Positions 12,870 to 27,160 of a DNA stretch of 64,000 nt are shown here, in pieces; within the stretch, counting starts at the first letter, position 1, and each line of letters begins with the position of its first letter. This stretch comes from Octopus bimaculoides. Lineage: Eukaryota. The notes under the pieces are model-generated. The model did no database searches, was not told the DNA's origin, and was given only the letters and a program-made list of their open reading frames with translations. Both the position numbers and the translations under genes were made by a program. The stretch is from assembly GCF_001194135.2 (NCBI RefSeq), contig NC_068985.1, positions 122,526,007-122,590,006 on the forward strand, read 5' to 3'.

Positions 12870-13900
12870 TCACTTATGTCCAATCGACTTTCTAATCTGA
12901 AACTCATCCCCTCAGATCCTTCCAAATCTGCAGTTCTGATCAAAAACATCCGAAGACTGAAAGATGGTTCCACACAGTCAGTAAGCTTTATCACCTCTTA
13001 TACTGGTTCTTCTGGTCCTTTGACAAAAGGTACCTATCAACTTTGTGGAATCCCGTTACATACCACTCTTCAATTAAAATGTGCCATAAATAGAAAACCA
13101 ACTGAGAAAATGGAGACATTTCCACTCACTCCATTTCTGAAACTCAGTACTTTAACCCTTTAGCATTCAGATTTCCCTGTCAAATGTAATATTTATTCAC
13201 ATTGTTTTGAATTAATCATACATTAACCTGTTGCTTTGAGATTTTGATGATGTGATTGCTTAGTTTTAGAATAACATTATAGTGTAGGTGTGAGAAGTGG
13301 AATCTGATTTGAACATAAAACTGTTAGAATATTATGGCTGGATATGATCGGTTTAACTGCTAAAGCAGTGGTTCCCAAAGTGGACGGTACTGACCCCTTG
13401 GGGGCAGTGGAAAAATTCAGGGGTTGTTGAAGAAAAGAAGAGTGATAATGGGGACGCCAAAAGGGGGTGATGGATGTAAAAGAAACCAAAATAATGGTCA
13501 AGTTTTATTTGTGAAATACAGTTGTTTTGAATTTGATGCAGAAAGCAATGATGGTGAGTGTGTGTGGGGGGGGCGTTAGGAATGTGGCTTAGGTGCCAAG
13601 GGAATGGCAACCTAAAAAAATTTGGGAACTACTGCAAAAAATACACCATTTCCTCACCACTTGGTTCATACTCAGTTATCCTATGCAAAAACTTCTTTGG
13701 TTGTTTGAATCCAACAAGACAACTTACCCTATACAATATCTCTTACATTGCCCTCAGATTGTGTTTATTAGCTCATAATCTCACCAAGCTATTTCATCTC
13801 AGCCCATTCTATGGAAACACAGTACATTATAGCCCCCCACAAAAAAAAAACCATCTCTGATCCTACTAACATTTGTTCCTTCTAACATTTCAAGTGATAG
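12870..13900 (+). mobile_element. Probable I/Nimb-like LINE fossil, interrupted by MITE insertions
   Basis: IKNIRRLKDGSTQSVSFITSY (12900-13140) resembles a gag-like ORF1. PIQYLLHCPQ (about 13730-13760) resembles the CCHC end of ORF2. Highly degenerate; clade assignment is from motif resemblance only. Confidence 0.35.
13152..13420. mobile_element. Third TTAA MITE copy, with its right TIR interrupted by a hAT-like end (CAGTGGTTCCCAAA)
   Basis: Begins TTAACCCTTTAGCATTCAG, runs to TGCTAAAG at about 13365, then switches to CAGTGGTTCCCAAAGTGG instead of GGTTAA. Confidence 0.6.
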
Positions 13901-14713
13901 AAACAATTATCAACAACCACCATTCTCAATGCTTATAGTCTATGTTTCTCCTCAGCATCTTAGAGACAACAACTGATTGATTAGCTGAGATTGACAGGTA
14001 TGCTACAGTCGCAAGCTCATAGACATGCTATTTTTTACCCCTCGACCTTCACTACAAGGACACAATAACCTCTGCTATGCTGAAATAACAAGATGTATGC
14101 CCTCTTTATCCAATTCTCCAGTCTCTTATCTCCTGTTGTGTGTCACTTCCCAATCCTTTCCAGAACTTCAATCCACTATATTTGGTAGGATTAATTTTCT
14201 TTTAATTTATGTATTTTCCTAGAAATGCTTTCTCTTTTGACTAAGCCATAAAAAACCGCTGGAAAAAATGTTTTCAACACTAAAAACCACTTAAGGTCAG
14301 TGCTTTAACTTTCTGGGTAACAAACTGATGTATGAACATCATCAGTCCAACTTGATCTGGTCTCTATTTCTCATATGTTAAGGCTACGAAATATGGAGAA
14401 TTGTGATGCCTTAAATGTACAGTAAAATACCACCAGTAATTCCGTAACACATCTGCTCAGTCATATCTGGTTCTACACTCTCTTAAACTTATCACATATG
14501 ATTAATTTCAAACTAAATAGAGTAGATTTCCTTTCATGGTTCCAGTCATTGAACTGTGGTCATGCAGGAGCACTCAAAGGGCTTAAGACTCATACTTAAT
14601 TTTTAGGCTTCTTTTTTTGTCAAACCACTAAGTTATAGAGAAGCAAACAAATCAATACAAGCCAAATGGCGTTAACATAAAGACAGGATAGCACAAAAGA
14701 CAAACACAATAAT

Positions 14714-14753
<40 letters not shown>

Positions 14754-17659
14754 CAAGCTTCCACACAATTTCTGTTCACCAAATTCACTTATAAGGAATT
14801 GGTTGACCTGACTTTTCCAAGGTTTGCCTCAGACATTTCAGCAAGTGAATAAAAAACTACACACACACACACACACATGGAGAAAAGCAGGGATGTTTGG
14901 TTAAGTGAGTAGTTCACTTCCCAACAATGTAATTTCGGATTTGGTTCCAGTGCGTGCCATCACCTTGGGCATCTACTACAGACCCAGGCTAACCAATGCC
15001 TTGCGAGGAAATTTGGTGGAAAGAAACTGCAACAAGCCCATCATATATATATATATATACATACATACATATATAGTATGGTTGAGAAGTTTGCTTCCCA
15101 CCCACCTGGTCCTAAAGTCAGTCCCACTCTGTAGCACCTTAATGTCTGCTATAGCTCTGGGCCAAACAAAGTTTTGTGAATAGATTTGGTAGTTGGAACC
15201 TGAAAGAAGTGTGTATGTGCATGAAGGTGCAACAAAAGCTAATTTTCCTTGTTTGCTCCCAGCTGAGAGAAGTAGTGATATTGACATTCTTGTTGGCATT
15301 TTGCTTAGTCACCCTGTGCTTTTCAAGATATCTGGAATAAAGTGTCTCTTACTTGAAAACAGGCAGGTGTTGGGAACAGGAAGAGTGTCTGGTCATAAAA
15401 TTCCACCTGAAATAACTACTCATCTAAACTTATTCTTGCATGGCAAAACTGATGTTAAATGAATGAACAAACACATGTATCTCATCCTTTCCCCTTTTCC
15501 TCATTTTATTATTCATTTTTCTATGCTTGCATGAATTGGACAGAATTTATTGAGGCAGATTTTCTATGGCTGGATGCCCTTCCTGTCATCAACACTTACC
15601 TGTTTCCAAGCAAGGCAATATTTCCCCATGGCCAGACATGATTTTGCAGAATATTGCAAATGAATAGCATTCATTTATAACAATGAAGTGATGCCAGCTT
15701 CAGTCTACCAAATCCTCTCACGAAGTTTTGTTTGATCTGGGGCTATAGTTGAAGATGTTTGCCAAAGGTGCCATGCAGTGGGACTGAAGCCAAGAACCAT
15801 GTGATTGGGAAGCAAATTCCTCAGCCACACAAAACTACATCTGTACTTCCAAAAGTATATAACAGAGAAAAAAAAAAAAAAAAGAGATTTCAGTTGAATA
15901 TTGACAATTTATTTATCATCAATATGCAGATATTGAAATATTTAAACCAGCCTGTCTTCCTCATTAAGGTACACATATGATAATAAACAGGCACTTTTGA
16001 TAAATAGTTCAGTGAATGCACATACAAAGAAATTAAAAAAAAAAATAAATATAACATGATGAAACAAGGTATTTTTTTTTGTTTTATTACAACTTAAGCT
16101 CACAGTCAAACAAGCTTTACTTGCTCATATCAAAAGAGCACGATGTTAAAATTCTCACAGATTTTTAATATTACATATACATTATATATACACACATACA
16201 CATATAATATGTTTGTATATATGTATTCATATATGTATATATATATTTATTTATATATATACACATATATATAAACATATGCCACATGTATATATGTCCA
16301 TGTATTTATACATGTNNNNNNNNNNTACTTATGTATGTGTGTATATATGTGTATGCGTGTGTGTATAAATATATATATACACGCACATGCATACACACAG
16401 ACATATATATATCATTTTGGGTTTTACAAAAATGATATTGATAAAAGCTTTATTCCAAAATATATTAAAAATAGAAGTCAGATTGGTGGAATAGGCAGTA
16501 AGAAACTCTATAAGGATGGAATAGTGAGTTTTATTGAAAATTCTCTCTTTTTTTTATTTCTTTATTTTAGAATCTTATTAAAAGATTTAGAAAGTATAGG
16601 AATGTCTAAATCTGGAATGTATTTAAAATTTAAATTTCTTATTAAAAAACAGACAAAAAAATGTATTTTCGAAGTGTTGGAGTGGAGGAAGAACAATGAA
16701 CATTATTATTTTTATTATTATTATTATTATTATTATTGTTGTTATTAATCATTATTATTATCATTAACTCTTGGGTTTTATAAAAATCATGATTATGTAT
16801 AAACTAGTTTCTGTAAATATTTTATGCTATAATGAAATAAGGCAAAATGAATGAATAAATAAAATAAAAACCCAAAACAGAAAAAATCTCAAAAAAATAA
16901 AAATAAATCAATCAAAATAAAAACCAAAAGAAAATCAATAACAGAAGGTTTAACTCAAAATTCAAATTGACACTTTTTTCTGAAAGATCTGCTTAAGTTT
17001 GCAGATTAATTAATAAATCATCATTGGTAATCCACAATTAGATATGTATAAAGCATGTAACATAAACCTTAGTTTAATTAATTCATTATTTAATCACTGG
17101 ACTCATTAAGGTTCAGCTGTCACATCTCTTTCTCTCACTCTTTCACAATATACATGCACATGTATACATAGACACTCATATATACACACACATACACATT
17201 CATATATATACACACACATACACATTCATATATATGCACTCACATATACTCTCACATACTCATATACGCATTCACATGCACATATATACACACTCACATA
17301 CACACATATATACACACTCACATACACACATATATACACACTCACATACACACACATCTATCTATCTATCTATATATATATATATACACAGACATACATA
17401 TACATATATATGCATATAAGGAAAACTATTATTAATAGACTAGGATAAATTTACTCATATACACATGCACATATTGATTTTAGTTTCAGCTATAAGCTGC
17501 TAATTTAGATGAAGAATGGTGAGATTGAGTAACATTCATGCCATTTCACAGCATTTATTGTAAAAGAAAGGAAATGGCTTGAGATGACAATAGAAATGAC
17601 ATCACATCAGTGCTGTAAATAGCTAACACTCACCTATACACACTCACACATGTGTGTGC

Positions 17660-17704
<45 letters not shown>

Positions 17705-19613
17705 AAATCATATTGCATATGATTTAATATATGTTGTGTGTGTATATATGTGTGTTGTCATGATATATACATAATATAGATATAAAATATATGTACATAT
17801 ATACAATATGTATCATTTGCTTCTTTAAATATATCAATTTATTATATATATAACAAATGTTACATAACATTAAATAATAAATACATTAACATATCTGAAA
17901 AAACAAATGATTATACACACAATGTCATTTACATACACAAAGACAATGTACATATGTATATATATAATATTATCATGTACTTCTTTATTTAATCTTATTT
18001 TCATAAATATATAAACAATTACCTAATAAAAATTAATCATTCAAACTTCTTACATTTTACAGAGGCAATAATAAAACGTATTCCCCCCACCAAACAAGAA
18101 AAAAAAAAGTAACAGCTAAGCACAATCCAGATAATTATCCTTTTAATAAACTGAACAAATTCATTATCATATTTCATTTGACATGTATTCGTTAAAAGAG
18201 AATCAAGTAATATTATTCTTTAAAATGTTGCTCTTTGTGAAAAAGTGAGAATGGCACAAAAGTTACTAAAAACTTTTCTGCTAATAATTTGGCACAAATT
18301 TAAATCTTACTTGATAAAAAATTTCCAATGTTTTATTGGTTACATAAATTATTTTGTTTTGTGGAGGTATGATAAAAGAAAAGGAAATTGATACTTATGC
18401 TTTTATTATAAAAGTTATTATTAACTAAGGACTTTGAAAATGTTTACCTATCACTTTCCTAATTTCAGATATTTCCCTTTCAAAATTCTGCATTGGTGAT
18501 TGTCTTTTAGGGATTCTGTCTAGAAATGGTGGAATGTATGTTTCAATAGCATGATGTAATGATTTCTCTCCTTTTTCTATATATATTTTTTTAATATTGA
18601 TTTCTGTGGTTTAAATATAAAGCAATTTTATTGTAGTAAAGTGGTGACTGCAGTTGAGTGCATTGATCTAGTATAGCACTTGTTGTTGGTATCATAATAA
18701 TTAGTATTATTATTTCTTTGACTCATCCCTATGCTAGAGGAATAAAGGCAAATATCAATCCCTGGTTACAGTTGAAACTGGAAGAGTAAGGACTGGAACT
18801 AAATACAGTTATAATAGCTGTTGAATAAGAGATGAACTGCGCAGTATCCAACTCAATATATAACAGTTCCTGCCCAGCTTTTGTCTGTCTTGGCCATAGC
18901 ACAGCTTTGTTGATAGGTAATATTGAAACATAGTTTATCTATAAGATAATCCAAAGTTCAATAGAGGATTTCAGAAAGCTATAGATTAGAAAAAATACTC
19001 TTATGCATCTTTCAGATTTTTGTTTCTGATTTCCTCTGTGGGATATCTTCTACAAAAAATATTAATTTGATTGAACTAACTATTAAAAATTGGATTCTTA
19101 ATTTGCAAGGATGAAGACATATTCTGATTGCATTGTTCTGAGAAGATTGCTAGTACTTTATTCAGTTGATTTTCCAAGATTTAAAAAGCAAAGTTAATGA
19201 TGGTGAGATAGATACACGCAATGAAGGCAGAGTTATGAAAAACTAAACACAGAAAGAAAGTTGATTTAGTTTACTCAACTACTATTGCTATTCACTTGTT
19301 GTCCGGGTTTGATTATTATAATTATTATTAACTTTTTATTGTAATTACACAATAATTTTCTTTGCTAGACTTTGTAATAATAAAGTTGCATTTTTAAAAT
19401 TATAACTGGAAGCTTTAATATAGATGATAAGAAACAAAGCAAAAAATATCCACTCTTAATTTTTCTCTTTCGCACTCTCACACACTCAGAGGTGTTGTAG
19501 CTATTATTGCACTTTAATCTTCCTGATATGTTTTGCTTTTGAATACAAGCATTTGAAATCCACATTTACGTGGCTCTACTCTTTCTGATTTTGTATATAT
19601 ATGTTATATTTAG

Positions 19614-19646
<33 letters not shown>

Positions 19647-19820
19647 ACAATAAACAAAACATATCTATTTATGACATATATAAGATATAACAAATATATA
19701 TATATTCTAATCATAAATAGATTATATATATATATATAATGTATTTATCTGGATATATATATATTTAATATTTCAGACATTTTATATTATAAATATATTA
19801 TTATATATATATTAATTTGT

Positions 19821-19868
<48 letters not shown>

Positions 19869-20275
19869 TACACATGCACATCCATTAATGAAAACAGTAT
19901 ACTTTATATATATATGTATATATATAATGTTATACCATTGATACCATATGTGAGTGTATATATATATATGTATACATGAAGTAATAGAAAAAAAAAGAAA
20001 TGAAGGCAGTAAGAAACAAGGGATTAGTTTGAATAATTTTTTTCCAATTTTTATGCACATCTACACTTGTTAAAGTCTGCACCACATATACATGACAGTA
20101 TAAAATATCTGTTTTGGAGATCACCAAGAATATTTTTGTCCAACGTTCAGTTTCTCTGTGAATTCTAACAGGCAGGAACAGCAGTGGCAGCCGGAGTGGA
20201 AATAGAGCAAACATCATTCAATGTTGAATATTATGTCTGAAAGATTATTTTTTTCATTTTAGAAAACAGAAAAAA

Positions 20276-20281
20276 AGATAG

Positions 20282-20360
<79 letters not shown>

Positions 20361-20402
20361 TAGAGAGAGAGAGAGAGAGGGATAGAGAGAGAGAGAGAGA
20401 GC
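20276..20402. repeat. (ATAG)n(AG)n microsatellite
   Basis: Read directly from the sequence. Confidence 0.95.
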
Positions 20403-20509
20403 AAGAGAAAGAGAGAATGAAACAACCTTTTTTAAATTTGTTTTTTTTTTTAAATTATAGCATGGTTAATTGGTTGAGGGACCAGATTTGAATTAAGATT
20501 GGTTAGTCT

Positions 20510-20515
20510 TTTATT
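20510..20515 (-). terminator. Candidate poly(A) signal AATAAA for the PKA-RII transcript
   Basis: Plus-strand TTTATT at 20510-20515, about 420 nt past the stop codon, with a (TC)n tract further downstream. Many similar hexamers occur in this AT-rich DNA, so the call is tentative. Confidence 0.3.
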
Positions 20516-20936
20516 GAATGAGAAAGAAGAGAGAAGTACAAAGTTCACCATACATGCCTTCACACGAAGTTCACCATATACACGCACATGTACCAAATAA
20601 GTAAACCACATACACACATGCATACAAGTGGGATTTCAAAGCAACATTTAACTGCAGACCATTCAGAGACTTTCACTATTGATTGGTTGTTTTGATAGAT
20701 GCTAACACAGGTGTTACTTCACTCACGTCATGACAGGAATCAGGGAATGGTTATCATTTATCTTGGCACTGGTGGGTTAACAAGTAAGTAGGGAGGTGGG
20801 TGAAGATCAAGGAAATGGTGTGTAGAGTGAACTGGTAATGTTAGAAAGGAGGTGTACTGAAAGAGGGAGGGAGGGAGGGAGAGAGAGGAAGAAAGATATG
20901 TTGGTATGAATGGAAATATATTAACAGGAATAAAGT

Positions 20937-21067
20937 TCACCGAAGGTCAGAGATATTGTTTTCAGATCCAAATATATTAATGAGTTGTTCTTCATAAGTT
21001 TCTATGTTTCTCTTCATAATTTCCATGCAAGGGCCCAAAAGGCGTTCAAATGCTCCAACACTTAACA
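20937..21067 (-). CDS. PRKAR2: PKA-RII last coding exon (131 nt including TGA at 20939-20937): (V)[42 protein letters not shown]
   Basis: Acceptor ttttcattttctttttcag. [21 protein letters not shown] is the RII C-terminus. Confidence 0.97.
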
Positions 21068-21336
21068 CTGAAAAAGAAAATGAAAATTTTAATTGAAATG
21101 TAAATTTATTGAAAACTTAATTCTTGTTTTTCAAATAAATGTCACATTAGCTAATTACAACCTACCACCAATTGCAAAGTTAGGACAGAGATGGAAGGGA
21201 ACCTGAATTAATTCCATGGGAATGGAATTTAGTTAAAACTTCTTTTGGTTTGGCAACAACTTTGGAGTTGTTAGATTAGGCATATTTTTAGAAGAAAGAG
21301 TTAAAGCCTGTGATAAATAATTAAATTGGACTGGAC

Positions 21337-22710
21337 ATGGACAACATGACAAAAGCAGTGATCTCTGTATATGTGTCACAGTCAAGATTGTCAGATGAGT
21401 CAAGGATCTGTTTCTGTGAGGCCCTCTTGCCGACTACCTTCATAACAAATGACACCTTTCTCAGCATGGCTGGTGACTTTACTACACATTGGACAACAGC
21501 ATGCTGCTACTCCAGTGTATATGGAGGCTATAGTTATGGTACGAGGAATGCACAGAGAAGGAAACTCTTGAAATTATACAATACAAATGCCCTAACCATT
21601 TGCAGCACCAGCTACAAGAAACTAGCCAGCCACCTGATCACTTACCATTTATGTAAATGCAGAAGTTAAGACAGACTTTACACTCAATTAAAAAAGGAAA
21701 AGATAAATGACTGTGAATATTAAGTCATTCTCTGATGAAGAATGCATCACTCAATGTAGCTTTGTGATTATTGATATAATTAAAGCTAGATAGACTCAGA
21801 GAAACATAACGACCTGGAGAAGTCGAAAGACTTCTCAGCCAGTACTAAGAGATCATATGTTGAGAAGGAGGAAAAAAAAAAAACCTATAATATTGAAGAC
21901 GACTGGAAGTTTCAATGAAATAATCTGCTATGGGCCACAGATCAAAGTTCCAGCAAGATATAGTGGTAGCGTATGTAGTACAGTACATAGAGCCATAAAA
22001 ACCTATGAGAATAGAAAGAATGAAAGAAAGGTGGAACAAAGAACAATATAATTGGTTAGAAGAAAAGCTGGAAGTCAAGTATACGTAGCATAGAGAGAAG
22101 TGGTAAGTAAACGGTTTGCCAATGTTCTGTGATATGAGAATTAGATGTGTGAGGTGTTCTGAATTCAAAAGCAATGTTTCAGTATGAATCTAGGAGTTGT
22201 TGACAAAAAGTGTGCTCATAATGATAATAGCACACTAACCCTTATAGATACCCGGAAGAAAAGAGGTATGAAAAACCTACTGCAGGGAGTTGCTGATGAG
22301 AGACTACCCAAAAATTGATTTGGTAGTTATATGGTTGAAATGACCATTAAAGATAAAAAAGGCAAGTAAGACTGTCTCACTTATCTATTTTCCTTAATGC
22401 TCATTTCAAAAAGAAGACAGAACTACTGTTACCTGGGAAGTTACCATATCTGATATGCATAACAGTAGTTGGTAGGAATTCCATATGGTTTAACTATAAG
22501 GAGCATAAAAGGTGCAGGAGATATACAAATAAAGTGATAAAGAACATCAGATGTAGCAGATAAGCAAGATCTGTTACCCAGGTGACCAAATTGGCACTGG
22601 AGGGGAATGTTTTGAAAGTAGAGTAGCCTGAATAGGAAGAGGGTGAATAATGTTCAAGTAGAAAGAAAGGGCTTCTCTGTTCCAATTTTCAACCTAAATG
22701 TAATCTTATA
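21337..22710 (+). mobile_element. Decayed RTE-clade LINE, antisense within the last PKA-RII intron, with the RT core deleted
   Basis: ORF 21337-21669 resembles an APE endonuclease (ISVYVSQ, MAGDF, YGGYSYGTRN, NALTICSTSYKKLASHLITY). Frameshifted linker-like and post-RT-like segments follow. Many stops. Confidence 0.75.
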
Positions 22711-22860
22711 TGTATCTCTAAAAAGATGCAATGGTCAGTGCTAGAGGGTCTGTGGTCATTAGAAAGAGTTGTTCAATTAGAACTGAATGGGGTCCCAACA
22801 ACACCAACACTTCATACAAACATTAGAAATATACTGAGAGATATTGGAAATGTCATTTAC

Positions 22861-22929
22861 CTGCAAATCTGGAATGTCCCATTGATGTGGCCGTTGCTGC
22901 CCTCGGTTTATGAGTAAGTAAAGCTAGTT
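22861..22929 (-). CDS. PRKAR2: PKA-RII exon (69 nt, phase 1-1) containing phosphate-binding cassette B: (E)LALLTHKPRAATATSMGHSRFA(V)
   Basis: Acceptor cacctctctcttacag, donor GTAAAT. ELAL...KPRAA motif. Confidence 0.96.
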
Positions 22930-22982
22930 CTGTAAGAGAGAGGTGAAACATTAGAATTCAGTATATGTGTGTGTGTGATTCA

Positions 22983-23050
<68 letters not shown>

Positions 23051-23581
23051 NNNNNNNNNNTATATATATATATATATATATATACATATATACTTACACA
23101 AACAATACACACACATACTTACAAACATATACACATATATATATATACATACACAAACATATACACATATGTATACATACACAAACATACACACACATGT
23201 ATACAGACACATACATGTATATGTACACAAACATATACACACACACACACATCATCATCATCATCGTTTAACGTCCGCTTTCCATGCTAGCATGGGTTGG
23301 ACGATTTGACTGAGGACTGGTGAACCAGATGGCTACACCAGGCTCCAAGCTGATTTGGCAGTGTTTCTACAGCTTGTGGCCCTTCCGTCTGGCATTCGGC
23401 ATGATAGATTGCTAGCCACTACAGACATTTTTTTTCTCTCCTTGTTTCTGTGTTCCTTTCTGTGGAAGAGCGTTGGCTCGAAACATTAAAGACTTTTCCA
23501 ATTCCTGAGCATTATACTAATACATCTGTTTGTTTTCTACACCGCCTGTCTTTGTCGTTTGTTTTTTTTGTGAATTCTCCC

Positions 23582-23622
<41 letters not shown>

Positions 23623-23928
23623 GCATATATAAAGTTACAATCTAAATAATCAAGAAAAAGTATTAAGCCCCAACTAAACATACATACATACTACATATAT
23701 ACATACAGACATACATACATACATGCATACATGCATCCTGTGTCTCCTGGATTTTTTTTTTAAATAGGATACTGTGTCCCTGTATGTCAATAGAACCAGC
23801 AGAAAAAGATTGGCATAAAAAAAGACATCTGATCATAAAACACTGTCTCAAAAAGTCCAATCCAACTCCTACCAGCATGGAAAAGCAGATGTTAATAAAT
23901 ACTCATAAGAGAAAGAGTATTGACTCAC

Positions 23929-23980
23929 CACCAAAATAACTGCCTTTACCACATCTTTTAACTTCTACTGATTCATCTCC
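23929..23980 (-). CDS. PRKAR2: PKA-RII exon (52 nt, phase 0-1): GDESVEVKRCGKGSYFG(E)
   Basis: Acceptor tttttctcatgacag, donor GTGAGT. RC.KG.YFG motif leading into cassette B. Confidence 0.94.
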
Positions 23981-24899
23981 CTGTCATGAGAAAAATTCAG
24001 ATTTAAGGTTAAAAGGGTTATGCAATAAAGTTTGTATGCCTATACAACAGATATTAATAATTCATAGAAGTTAAAACATTTTGCAAATACCAATTAAAAT
24101 TAATACAGATAACAAATGAGGATAGGTAACGAAGTCTCAAGTTGAGAGGGAAAGCATAAGAATATGGTGAAGTTCCTGACTTTCTCAAGAATATTATTCA
24201 AGGCAGTGAGCTGGCAGAATCATTAGCATGCGGGACAAAATGCTTAGTGGTATTTCATCTTTTGTTATGTTCTGAGTTCAAACCCCACCGAGGTCGACTT
24301 TGCCTTTCAGCAAAAATTATAATAGCACAAATCAGTTTGAGAAGTTGACTACTGCTTCTTTAGTCAATGTAAAGAGACAACTAAATAACAAGGTGTTTTG
24401 TCCATCAATTCAACGATTCTGTCACCAGAAAGGACTGATAGATGAATTAGGAAGGAAGGGGCGATGTCATACTTGGTAGTAGGATGATGAAAATTGTATG
24501 CCGAAAAAAATAAATCAAACAGCGTTTCAACTATGTGTGAATATATGTGTGTATGTAAAAGGGTGGTATGTGAATGTGCGTGTGTGTGTGTGAATGAATG
24601 AGTGCATGTGTGTGTGTGTATGTGTGTATATGTGTACATGTGTGCACACAATGGAAGTGGGATGGTTCATCTTTGTTCGTTTAGTATTTGGGTTTAATTT
24701 TTGATTTGGTTGAATCTTCATTGGTTTTTTTTTTGTTGGTCAGTTATTTTTAGCGTTTTGATAGAAAAAGTCATTCTAAAATTGTTTTCTAACGTAAGCG
24801 TGCCCAAACAAATCGGATGCTTACACAGAGCAGGTTTTACAGCCACATCGTCCAAACCGACTGTGTGAAACCAAGCATAGCTGCTAGTGTGTACGTGTG

Positions 24900-24981
<82 letters not shown>

Positions 24982-26479
24982 TGGCACTTTTCTATTTGTC
25001 AACTAAATTCACTCAGAAGGTACTAGTCAGCTTGAAGCTCTAGTGGAATATACTTGTCCAAGGTGCCGCATAATATCAGTAAATTTGAATCCACACAGTT
25101 GCAAAGCAATATCATATCCATGCCTGCAATTAACTGTTTCTGCTCCTATTTGATGCTGTTGAAGGAAACTTTTGCAATGTTCATATTGCAGGATGATTGT
25201 GGAAATTTCTTTCCATGGATGTGGAAGCTGCATTCTTTTATCTGTTTCTTGTTTCAGTCACTGGATTGCAGCCATGTTTGGGAACCCCGTTGAAGGGTTT
25301 AGTCAAAGAAGTCAACCCCAGTACTTATTCTTTTAAAGCCCAGTATCTCTTTTATTGAGATGTTAAGTTATGGACACAAAAAAACCCAACACTAGTTGTG
25401 AAGCAGTAGTGGGGGACAAACACAAATGTACTTACACTTAGATATATATACATATATGTGATGGTTGGGAAGCAAGCTTTTTAACTGCACAGTCACACTT
25501 GCACCCTGTATAGTGTAAAATATTTAAATAAAAGTGCAGGCGTGGCTGTGTGGTAACAAGCTTGCTTCCCAACTATTTGGTTCCTAGTTTGGTCCCACTT
25601 TGTGGCACCTTGGACAAGTGTCTTCTATTATAGCTTTTGGCTAACCAAAGCTTTGTGAATGGATTTGGTAGATGGATGATGGAAACTGAGAGAAGCTTAT
25701 CACCACCATCATCATCATCATCATCATCATTTAGTGTCTGTTTTCCATGCTGGAAAGGGTTAGATGGTGTGATAGGAACTGATAATCTGGAGAGCTACAC
25801 CAGGCTCCAGTCTGATTTGGCATGGTTTCTATGGCTGGATGTCCTTCCTGTATATATTGTATATCTTTGTGCCTGTGTTTGTCTCCCACCAATTTTTGAC
25901 AACTGGTGTGTTGGTGTTTTTACATCCTATTAACCTAGTAGTTTGGCAAAAGAAATTATAGAATAAGTACCAGGCTTCAATAAAAAAAAATATACTGGGG
26001 TTGATTCATTTGATTAAAAATTCTTCAAGGTGGTACCCCAGCTACTGTCTAAGGACTGAAGAAAGTAAAAGAGAAGAGGCTTAAATAGCTTGTGGAGTAA
26101 AGTGGAGCAAAGATAACTTGACAGAGTAGAGGTGGAGTGAAGAAGACCCTAACCCTAACCCAATAAAGTGGAGCAAAGCAAAACAGAGCAGTTGAGTTGG
26201 TGTGAGAAACACCTAATGAAATGCAGGTGGAGTGAAAATGCAGAAGAATGGATGTGGAGCATAGGTGGAGTTATGCAAATTGGAGTGGCCTAAGTACTTG
26301 TGGAGTAGAGATGGAACAAAGAAGACCTAGTAGAGGTGCAGTAAAGAAGTTGAGGTAGAGTTCAGTCAAAAGATATACTATCAGGGATATAGCTGCAGTC
26401 TGTGATATGCAATGTATTTCCAAACATTTTTTTTGCTGCATACAACTTGAAAATAAAAAATACTTATTTTCTCATTTAC

Positions 26480-26542
26480 CTTTTTGACAGTGATACTGAC
26501 TTCTCCATCTTCCACAAAATACATGCAGTTTGCATCATCTCC
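26480..26542 (-). CDS. PRKAR2: PKA-RII exon (63 nt, phase 0-0): GDDANCMYFVEDGEVSITVKK
   Basis: Acceptor ttacttacttttag, donor GTAAAT. GD.A..MYF.E.GEV motif. Confidence 0.95.
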
Positions 26543-27160
26543 CTAAAAGTAAGTAAATCAAGGCAAAAATTTGAGCTTCACAATTATCAAATAAAATGTA
26601 ATTAAACAAAGTTCAACAGAGAAAGATGAAAAGGGCAAAAAAGAGACAAAAAACAAAAATCAATATTAATCAAAAAGGGATTTCATTATTTTTCTTTCGA
26701 TATTGAATTTTCTTTTCTTTCTCTGAATTGAATATCTGATTCAAGATCCAAAGCAAATACACACAACAACATTGTTAGCTCCACCAAGGTTGAATTCTGT
26801 GCAAGCTTCATAATTATAACAGACTCTATGTACTTCTAACACAGCTCAGCTGTGTATTCAGCATGATGCATTTTTGCCTGAAGTTGCAAACAGCATATAT
26901 ATATATGTATATAAATAAATAAGCATACACACACACACACACACACACACCATCATCATCATCATCATCATCATCATCATTTAACGTCCATTGTCCATGC
27001 TGGCATGGGTTGGACGGTTTGACTGGGCTGGCCTGCTGAAAGGCTGCAACAGACTCCAGTCTGATTTGGCACGGTTACTATGGCTGGATGTCCTTCCTAA
27101 TGCCAACCACTCCGAGAATGTAATGGGTGCTTTTATGTGCCACTGGCATGGATGCCACGG

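Noticed and set aside
16335-16748. 137-aa plus-strand ORF
   Set aside because: Low-complexity AT-rich sequence ending in (TAT)n, with no domain or splice support.
26147-26161. CCCTAACCCTAACCC, and GGGTTAGGGTTAGGG near 41891, as interstitial telomeric repeats
   Set aside because: Each has only about 2.5 units, too short to separate from chance or simple slippage.
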